IMG/VR virus record: IMGVR_UViG_3300043464_001836
Location: 96,002-114,128 of that record
Source of the DNA: a virus
Lineage: Duplodnaviria > Heunggongvirae > Uroviricota > Caudoviricetes
Direction: 5' to 3' (one strand)
DNA length: 18,127 nucleotides
Part shown: one piece after another, positions 1 to 7,000 of the stretch
How the letters are laid out: each line of letters starts with the position of its first letter
Numbering within the stretch: position 1 is the first letter of the stretch
Translations under genes and position numbers: made by a program
Notes under the pieces: model-generated
What the model saw: the letters and a program-made list of their open reading frames with translations, nothing else
The model's database searches: none
Told to the model about the DNA's origin: nothing

Positions 1-1
1 A

Positions 2-1183
2 AAACTATCTAATTATATACGCAGCAAACTTAACCCCGCTCAAGCCTTGATAGCTCAAGATGAAGGGAGTTCTATATACCCTGAGCCTTCATATAACTAC
101 GCACAAGCATATGATAACGTACCAGTTGTTCGTAGAGCTGTAGACTTGATCGTTAACGGTGCTGCTAGTTTCAACGTTGATGTTACAGAGAAACTACCTA
201 TCACAGCCGTAGTTAATAATATTCGTAAAACTAAAGTAAATACTCTTTTAAATTACCAACCAAATCTTTATATAGACATACACAAGTTCCGTAGGCTACT
301 ATACACTGACCTAGTTCTAGAAGGTAATGCCTTTATTTACTGGGATGGTGCTTACTTATATGTTCTTCCCGCAGCCAACGTAGAGATTTTAACAGACCAA
401 CTGACTTACGTCAAGGGTTATAAATATGGTGGTACCACTACTTTCCTACCTAGCGAGATTATTCACATCTGTGATAACTCAGCTACATCAATCTATAGTG
501 GAACTAGTAGGTTAAAGTCTACAGCTGATAGTATTAATACTCGCGCTAGTATGCTATCCTTCCAGGCAAACTTCTTCAAGAATGGGGCTGTGCCAGGACT
601 AGTACTTGTTTCTGAGAATGTACTCGGAGATAAAGTTAAGGCTCGCATGGTGGAGAGCTGGTCACGTGAGTATAGCCCAAATAAAGGTGCCAAACGGCCT
701 ATTATTCTAGATGGCGGTTTGAAGCTTGATAAGGTTTCAGACGTAAACTTCCGCGAATTGGACTTCGAGGCCTCTATTACTCTCAAGGAGAAACAAATTC
801 TAGTATCTCTAGGTGTACCAGAGATACTATTAAACTCGGGTAATAATGCCAACCTCCAACCTAACCTACGTTTATTCTATCTAGAGACTGTACTACCCCT
901 AGTAACTATGGTTAATAGCGCACTAGAACGTTTTCTGGGCTATAATCTTGCCCATGAAGCAAGTAGAGTCTCAGCACTACAACCAGAGATGCGAGATTCA
1001 GCCAGCTATTACTCTACTCTAGTAAATGGAGGAGTTCTAGCTCCCAACGAGGCTAGAACGGAACTACGCTACCCACCAAAGCCAGACGCAGATGAACTGC
1101 GAGTACCTGCAAATATAGCAGGCTCAGCGGCAGGCGCAGCACCGGGCGAGGGAGCCCCCAAGAAAGATGAACAAAACCCTTAA
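2..1183 (+). CDS. Portal protein, T5 pb7-like (HK97-family portal); 5' end lies outside the window
   Basis: The frame is open from base 2 (KLSNYIRSKLNPAQALIAQD), upstream of the TTG at 47. KLNPAQ matches the recalled T5 portal N-terminus KLNPGQ. Further T5-portal-like motifs: FRRLLYTDLVLEGNAFIYWDG, IILDGG, GVPEILLNSGNNANLQPNLRLFY, LVNGGVLAPNEAR, RVPANIAGSA. Confidence 0.95.
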   Translation, partial: KLSNYIRSKLNPAQALIAQDEGSSIYPEPSYNYAQAYDNVPVVRRAVDLIVNGAASFNVDVTEKLPITAVVNNIRKTKVNTLLNYQPNLYIDIHKFRRLLYTDLVLEGNAFIYWDGAYLYVLPAANVEILTDQLTYVKGYKYGGTTTFLPSEIIHICDNSATSIYSGTSRLKSTADSINTRASMLSFQANFFKNGAVPGLVLVSENVLGDKVKARMVESWSREYSPNKGAKRPIILDGGLKLDKVSDVNFRELDFEASITLKEKQILVSLGVPEILLNSGNNANLQPNLRLFYLETVLPLVTMVNSALERFLGYNLAHEASRVSALQPEMRDSASYYSTLVNGGVLAPNEARTELRYPPKPDADELRVPANIAGSAAGAAPGEGAPKKDEQNP

Positions 1184-3038
1184 ACTAGTAGCAAACTTCG
1201 AGATTAAAGCCCTAGAGGATAATAACGATGATAATGTACAGGACCGAGAGGAACTATACATTACAGGATACGCCAACACTACTGATAAGGATAGAGTTGG
1301 TGATGTAGTACTAGCGGAAGCTTGGCAGAAAGGCGGCCTAGATAACTTTAGAGCTAACCCTATTATTCTAGCTTACCACGATCACAGCAAACCAATCGGC
1401 CTAGCTACAGAACTTTCAGTAGACCCCAAAGGGTTGAAGATCACAGCTCGTATTTCTAAAGCATCTGAAGAAATCTACCAACTAATCAAAGAAGGTATCC
1501 TAAAAGCATTTAGTGTTTCCTTCTACACGAAGGATGCGGACTACGACAGTACTTCTAGCATCTTTGTAATTAAAGACCTAGAGTTGCTAGAAATTAGTGT
1601 GGTCTCTGTGCCTGCTAATCAGTATTCAATCTTCTCCGTTGCTAAGTCTTTTGAAGACCAAGAGCAATACTTAGAATTTAAAAAGCAGTTTACCCCAATC
1701 CTCACAAATACGGAAGCTCAAGATACAGATCTTGCTAATTCATCTAGTGAGAAAGAAAATGAAGGAATCATTACTATGGATAAAGAACAAATTGACAAAC
1801 TAGTTGCTGAAGCTACTAACGCTGCTGCTGTAGCTGCTGTTGCTAAGGGAATCGAACTTGGCAAATCCGGCGCCGAGCGCCTACTTGCCGATGCTGAAAA
1901 GCGCCTACAAGACGTCGAAGCTACTAACCTAAAAGCTGTTGACGACCTACGTGCTGCTCTAGCAGAAAAAGCCACTGAAATCGAAGCTCTACAAAAGAGC
2001 AAGATTCAGTTCCAAGAAAAAGCCGCGGGTGACCAAGTTACCTATCAAGAGAAAGAGTCTGCCGTTCTACTAGCTAAGGCTGTTAACAAGGGCCTAACCG
2101 CTACTGGTCTATATCAGGGCCTAGTACAGAAGTACGGTGCTCATATCCCTAGTGCTACTTGGGAACTAGAAGTATCTACTAACATGCAGGACGAAATTCG
2201 TCGCGCTCTTATTCTTGACCCGATCTTTAATAAGAACATTAGCATGAATAACCCTGTTATGCGTCTACCTGTAAACCCTGAAGCTGGTTATGCCAACTGG
2301 GTACTAGAAAGTGGCTACAAAGCAGCTACATCTAGTGGTACCGCACAAGACCACGTGCTTAAGGAAATCAACCTAACAGCATATAAGCTAGCTACCAAAG
2401 AGTTCCTTGGTACGGAAGAAGAGGATGATAGTATTGTTCCCCTTCTACCAATCATCCGTGATGCTATTGTTAGACGTACTGCTAAAGCATGGGACAAAGC
2501 GCTTCTACGTGGCGCAGGTGCTGGATCTGACCCTATCAAGGGCATTATCACAACTGCTAATACCACACTATACACAACTGCTGGTGGTGAACAGGTTCAG
2601 CTAGCCGTAGCTTCTAAAGCCACTGTTGCTCACCTACTATCCATGCGTCGTGCCCTAGGTACCCGTGGTCTTAATCCTAGCGAGCTAGTATACATCGTTT
2701 CTAACGAAGTTTACTACGACCTACTAGAAGACACTAACTTCCAAACTATGGATAAGGTTGGCACTCGTGCTACCCTACTAAGCGGTCAGATTGGCTCTAT
2801 TGCTAATACTCCGGTTATCCTAAGTGGTGAGTTCGAAGCTAAGGCTGCTACGAAATTCGGGGCTGTCGTAGTTAATCAAAATAATTTCCTAGTTGGTCGC
2901 TATAAGGGTCTACGTGTTGAGTCTGATTACTCCGTTGAGAATCAGCAACGTCTAATCGTAGCTTCCCAACGTGTTGGCTTCCAACAAATCTCCAGTGTTG
3001 AAGGTTCTGGAGTCTGTAGCTTCAAGTGGATTGCTTAA
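1167..3038 (+). CDS. Prohead protease (HK97/T5 pb11 type) fused to major capsid protein (T5 pb8-like), 623 aa
   Basis: aa ~30-175 carry protease motifs: ITGYANT..KDRVGDVV, NPIILAYHDH (His), LKAFSVSF (Ser), KDLELLEISVVSVPANQ. aa 204-623 give a coiled-coil scaffold (delta) domain, then an HK97-fold capsid with T5 pb8-like AYKLATKEFLGTEEEDDSIVPLLPIIR and YYDLLED. There is no stop codon between the two parts. Confidence 0.95.
   Translation: MNKTLKLVANFEIKALEDNNDDNVQDREELYITGYANTTDKDRVGDVVLAEAWQKGGLDNFRANPIILAYHDHSKPIGLATELSVDPKGLKITARISKASEEIYQLIKEGILKAFSVSFYTKDADYDSTSSIFVIKDLELLEISVVSVPANQYSIFSVAKSFEDQEQYLEFKKQFTPILTNTEAQDTDLANSSSEKENEGIITMDKEQIDKLVAEATNAAAVAAVAKGIELGKSGAERLLADAEKRLQDVEATNLKAVDDLRAALAEKATEIEALQKSKIQFQEKAAGDQVTYQEKESAVLLAKAVNKGLTATGLYQGLVQKYGAHIPSATWELEVSTNMQDEIRRALILDPIFNKNISMNNPVMRLPVNPEAGYANWVLESGYKAATSSGTAQDHVLKEINLTAYKLATKEFLGTEEEDDSIVPLLPIIRDAIVRRTAKAWDKALLRGAGAGSDPIKGIITTANTTLYTTAGGEQVQLAVASKATVAHLLSMRRALGTRGLNPSELVYIVSNEVYYDLLEDTNFQTMDKVGTRATLLSGQIGSIANTPVILSGEFEAKAATKFGAVVVNQNNFLVGRYKGLRVESDYSVENQQRLIVASQRVGFQQISSVEGSGVCSFKWIA
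1776..3038 (+). CDS. Major capsid precursor translated from a probable internal in-frame start (M204, 420 aa)
   Basis: AAGGA at 1762-1766 lies 9 nt before an in-frame ATG at 1776 (MDKEQIDKLVAE). This is where a T5-type capsid gene would begin, just after a low-complexity linker. Confidence 0.7.
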   Translation: MDKEQIDKLVAEATNAAAVAAVAKGIELGKSGAERLLADAEKRLQDVEATNLKAVDDLRAALAEKATEIEALQKSKIQFQEKAAGDQVTYQEKESAVLLAKAVNKGLTATGLYQGLVQKYGAHIPSATWELEVSTNMQDEIRRALILDPIFNKNISMNNPVMRLPVNPEAGYANWVLESGYKAATSSGTAQDHVLKEINLTAYKLATKEFLGTEEEDDSIVPLLPIIRDAIVRRTAKAWDKALLRGAGAGSDPIKGIITTANTTLYTTAGGEQVQLAVASKATVAHLLSMRRALGTRGLNPSELVYIVSNEVYYDLLEDTNFQTMDKVGTRATLLSGQIGSIANTPVILSGEFEAKAATKFGAVVVNQNNFLVGRYKGLRVESDYSVENQQRLIVASQRVGFQQISSVEGSGVCSFKWIA

Positions 3039-3059
3039 TTAGCTAACCATTTAAACTAA

Positions 3060-3133
3060 TAAGGCGAAAAGGGTAGCTCCCCTGCTGTGTTCCTACACGG
3101 CTAGCCTTTACTACTATAGGAGGTAGACCCACT
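3060..3133 (+). promoter_or_regulatory. Structured GC-rich leader upstream of the HNH gene, including its Shine-Dalgarno
   Basis: AAGGC(3061-65)/GCCTT(3104-08) closes two hairpins: GGG-TAGCTC-CCC (3071-3082) and GCTGTGT-TCCT-ACACGGC (3084-3101). GGAGG at 3119-3123 is flanked by the complementary CTAC(3111-14)/GTAG(3123-26). Confidence 0.55.
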
Positions 3134-3931
3134 ATGAATTTAAAAGAAGTACTAGAAGTCATATTTAAAGAGAATAAGTATGTTGTGCCTTATAATAAAA
3201 AAGGTATAACAGTAGATAAAGTAATAGATGGCTTATCTAAAGGTTTAGTTGGCTTAGAATTAGCCCAGCACTTAGGGTATGCAACAGCTGGAAAAGCATC
3301 TGTATTTTTAATTAAGCTATTTAACTCCCCCAAAGATAAAAAAGCATCTGAAAGATGGACAACTTATTTATTGAGTAAGAAAGAATTAAAAATTTGTTCT
3401 AGGTGTGGAAGTGTAGAGCCTTTTAGCTCCTTTCCAAAAAGAGCAAATCTTAACAATGGATTATTTACACAATGTTATACTTGTGTAAAAGAAGACCAGT
3501 CCTCAGAAGTATACAAAAGAGGGCGTAAGGAACGTAGAGCTAAGCTTTCAGAACAAGAACTAGAGACGTTGAAAGCTTACCATAGAGCATACTACATTAG
3601 AAATAGACAACAACTTCTATTAAAACAAGTAGAGTACGCTAAGCAACATAAACTAGATAAAAAGGTATACGACAGTATAAGGTTTGTAACAAATAGAGGT
3701 TACTTTAAAGCTAAAGCCGCAAAGTACAGAGCTAGCAGATTAAAAGCAACCCCAATTTGGGCAAACTTGGTAACTATAAAAGAAATTTACCAAACATGCC
3801 CAGAGGGGTATCATGTAGACCACATAGTTCCACTTCAAGGTAGTCTAGTATGTGGACTACACTGTGAGTTTAACCTACAACACCTATCAGCAACTGAAAA
3901 CCTAAGTAAAGGTAACAGGTGGGTACCTTAG
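3134..3931 (+). CDS. Free-standing HNH endonuclease (putative homing endonuclease) with zinc ribbon
   Basis: CxxC-x(23)-CxxC (CSRC...CYTC), then a basic helical region and the C-terminal phage HNH motif ATPIWAN...YHVDHIVPLQGSLVCGLHCEFNLQHLSATENLSKGN. SD GGAGG lies 10 nt upstream. Confidence 0.92.
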   Translation: MNLKEVLEVIFKENKYVVPYNKKGITVDKVIDGLSKGLVGLELAQHLGYATAGKASVFLIKLFNSPKDKKASERWTTYLLSKKELKICSRCGSVEPFSSFPKRANLNNGLFTQCYTCVKEDQSSEVYKRGRKERRAKLSEQELETLKAYHRAYYIRNRQQLLLKQVEYAKQHKLDKKVYDSIRFVTNRGYFKAKAAKYRASRLKATPIWANLVTIKEIYQTCPEGYHVDHIVPLQGSLVCGLHCEFNLQHLSATENLSKGNRWVP

Positions 3932-3937
3932 TAACAA

Positions 3938-4001
3938 AGAAGATTGGGTTTCGACCCAATCTTCTCTATTAGCATTAAGTTTAGTACTAATAGAGAAGAT
4001 T
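3938..4001. repeat. Two overlapping inverted repeats
   Basis: AGAAGATTGGGT-TTCG-ACCCAATCTTCT (3938-3965, 12 bp) and AATCTTCTCTATTAG...CTAATAGAGAAGATT (3958-3972/3987-4001, 15 bp perfect). The two share 3958-3965. Confidence 0.85.
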
Positions 4002-4003
4002 AC

Positions 4004-4027
4004 GGGAGCTTATAAGCTCCCATTTTT
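4004..4027 (+). terminator. Rho-independent terminator (probable capsid-operon terminator)
   Basis: Perfect palindrome GGGAGCT-TATA-AGCTCCC followed by ATTTTT. Confidence 0.8.
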
Positions 4028-4041
4028 GTATGGAGAAATAC

Positions 4042-4074
4042 ATGCTAAATATTAGAGCTAACCTATGGCTTTAA
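4042..4074 (+). CDS. 10-codon upstream mini-ORF MLNIRANLWL overlapping the start of the 1105-aa gene
   Basis: GGAG (4032-4035) lies 6 nt before ATG 4042. TAA at 4072-4074 is out of frame with ATG 4065. Not in the ORF track. Confidence 0.4.
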   Translation: MLNIRANLWL

Positions 4075-7000
4075 CCATAACAAGAACAATACTTTCTGGT
4101 GCGATTTACAAGATCGTCCTGCTGGGGTTTGTCGAAAGTGGTACTGCCAGCTCAGGAACACTAACTACACTAACGGACACTAGTAAGTCACGCACTGTTA
4201 ACGCAGATATCGGTAGATGTATTTTTATACATACTGGAACCGGTACAGGAGCTGTCGGATGGGTAAGTTCCAATACTGCTACAGTTTGGACGGTGGAGGC
4301 GTTTTACCTACCTGATTTCCAGGGTGGTGTTACAAAAATCACGCCGGACAACACCAGCCAATACGGGCTGTTGGGCACAGATGCCGATATTTATGCAGCA
4401 TCAGTTGCAGGTGGTTGGGGTGCCGTAACTCTAACCGGCAATACCTATTACTTCTCAGATTGCCTATATATTGGTGACGGCACAAATAAAACAGGAATTC
4501 AGTTTACTAACAATGCGCAGTTTGGCATCTATGGAACTCCGAGAGCCTTTGCCAGCGCAGCTAACACTGCTGTTGTTCTTGGGCGCAGAACCAAAACAAA
4601 GAGCACGAGAAACGGTGTAATACTGCTTGAGTATTGCACAAGGGCCGATTCATCGGCTGGTGGATACGGAGCTAACTTCGGTGCACAGTGGGACGACCTT
4701 GCAGGCTATGTGTACGTTTATGGTTCAACGCTGAAAAGCAAGTTGCACAATGTACCTGTCCCCAATACCCAATCAGCGGCATTTTACCTTCCATATAAGT
4801 TCGATTTTCTACAATCAAACGTTGACTCTGACGGTTTTGCATTGTTCAGTACAATACTTGGCTCTTTCTCTCGCTGCAACATCACGAACGGCCAGGGTCT
4901 TCCGCTACCTTTGTGGTTGTATTCGCCAAACGTTACTTTTGATGATGTAACTATTTACGCATCTTATCAAGGGTTACGGATTGCATATAACTATGATGGC
5001 GTACTGAAAAACTGTAATTTAATTGATAACACCTACCCTGTTCATCTTTACGGGGCAGTTAATGATTCATCAAAGTTCAGCGGCCTGCTTCGTCTGATAA
5101 ACACACAAGCTGACCTAACCGCGATTTTGGTAGACACCTATGTTACCGGGTCTATCCAGAAGGAATATGAGTGGGGGCTAAACGCTAATAATGGTACCAA
5201 CCCAATAGCGGGTGTCAAGGTATATGCTACAAATGCTAGTGGTACAGAAGTTGTAAATACTATTACTGATGCATACGGCAACATACCAACACAAAGTATC
5301 ATCGTTCAGAAACGTACAGGGTACGCTGGGTCACTAGTAAATCATGCACCACACACCTACGGCTTCAGAAAATATGGATACTTTTCTGATGGCGCCACAA
5401 AAACCCTGACTTCAAAAACTGATGATGGTGTAAAACTACGGGTTAATCCTTACGTTGTTGCTAGTGAAGCTACCGCAGCCGCAATGACTGGTATTACTGT
5501 TACTAGTAGTGCAACAAGCCTAAGTTCCTCACATAGTCTTCAAGACATTTATGACCGTGGGCAGTACCTATCACAGCAAAGTTTCATTACCGAACCATGG
5601 ACTACTTCTGATGGTATTACATTCGTTCAGTCTACTGGCCGGGTATTCACGCCAGGTTCTTATATAGACTGGGGAACTAGTAGACTAGTTGGTGGTACTG
5701 TTACTTTCGGTACACCTGGCCCGTTCTCCCCGCGCATTGGCACCATCACTGTGCGATTTACAGCCGCGGGCACATACGCTATGACGGATGCTGACTTTGG
5801 TGGGATTGTGACTTTTACTAATACTTCTGGGGGTGCAGTCACAGTTGAACTACCTGCTGGAATATCTTATGTAAACACCGGGCCAAGTGTCACCATTGTA
5901 GAACCCCAAACTTACCAAAGCGTCACCCTTACGGGTGGCATCACGGGTTCCAGGGTACAACTATATGACTTAACATCTAGTACAGAGGTGTACAATGCTA
6001 TACCTAGTAGCTGGCCATTTACTTGGACAGATAGTGTACCTTATATAGCAGATAGACAGATTAGACTTCGTGTAATGAGTCAACCTGGTACAACAGCAAC
6101 ACTACTTATAGACCAGGTTATTGGAACTGCTACAGGCACCTCTCCGGCTATATCATTTTTAGTTGGTCAGGTAGTGGATACTGTGTACAATACAAATGCT
6201 ATTGTTGGTTCAACTGTTACAGGCGTTGAAATTATTGATGGCACGTTACGAGTACAGGTATCTACTGGTACTATTACTTGGCAAGAGCTATATGCTTATG
6301 AAACGTACTGGCTATTCACCGAAGAAGGTATTAGAGACGAAGGTAGATTCGCCTTCGCACCTGACCCTTCTAACTATAAATGGTATGACTTTAAGTTAAA
6401 GAATACTATTAGCCCTTCTGCCCCTCTAGTAGTTTCAGGTGGATACGGAGTAGACGGAGATACTGGCACTTCTATAGCAATGATAGATACTACTGGCGGA
6501 ACTATTATTATGGCTGTAGACCATGTAGTAAATAATATAGTTACTGTTGGTGGCTCTAACATTATTACAGGGGATATCGCTGAAGTAACATCTAAGGTTC
6601 AAGCAGGTCTTACTGCCCAGGGTTACACTGTTACTAAGGCGGGCTACTTAGATGCCACTATTAGTTCCAGAGCTACTATAAGTGGTATTGAAACCTCTGC
6701 TGTACTAGCAAAAGAAGCTACAGTAGCCACAATTCCTACTAGTACTTTACTAAGTACAGATATAAGGCTTAATAATCTAGATACTACTATTAGTTCCAGA
6801 GCCACTGTAAGTGGTATCGAAAGTTCTACTGTACTGGCTAAAGAAGCTACAGTAGCTTCAATTCCTACTAGTACGCTATTAAGTACCGATGCAAGGCTTA
6901 ATAATCTAGATACTACTATTAGTTCTAGAGCTACTGTAAGTGGTATCGAAAGTTCTACTGTACTAGCTAAAGAAGCTACAGTAGCTTCAATTCCTACAGC

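Noticed and set aside
47-49. TTG at 47 as the portal start
   Set aside because: The frame is open to the window edge and the upstream KLNPAQ matches the conserved portal N-terminus, so the real start is outside the window.
2512-2518. GCGCAGG matching the T5 single-strand nick consensus
   Set aside because: A single 7-mer in 18 kb is expected by chance, and it is explained by the Gly-Ala-Gly codons of the capsid.
3031-3057. TTGCTT...TAAACT as a promoter for the HNH gene
   Set aside because: The spacer is only 15 nt, too short to support without TSS data.
3060-3110. HNH leader as a hammerhead ribozyme
   Set aside because: It has three stems and a GAAA run, but the CUGANGA core is absent.
3039-4064. 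HNH region as a group I intron
   Set aside because: It interrupts no gene (the capsid ends normally at 3038), and I could not find P7 or other group I core elements in the short flanks.
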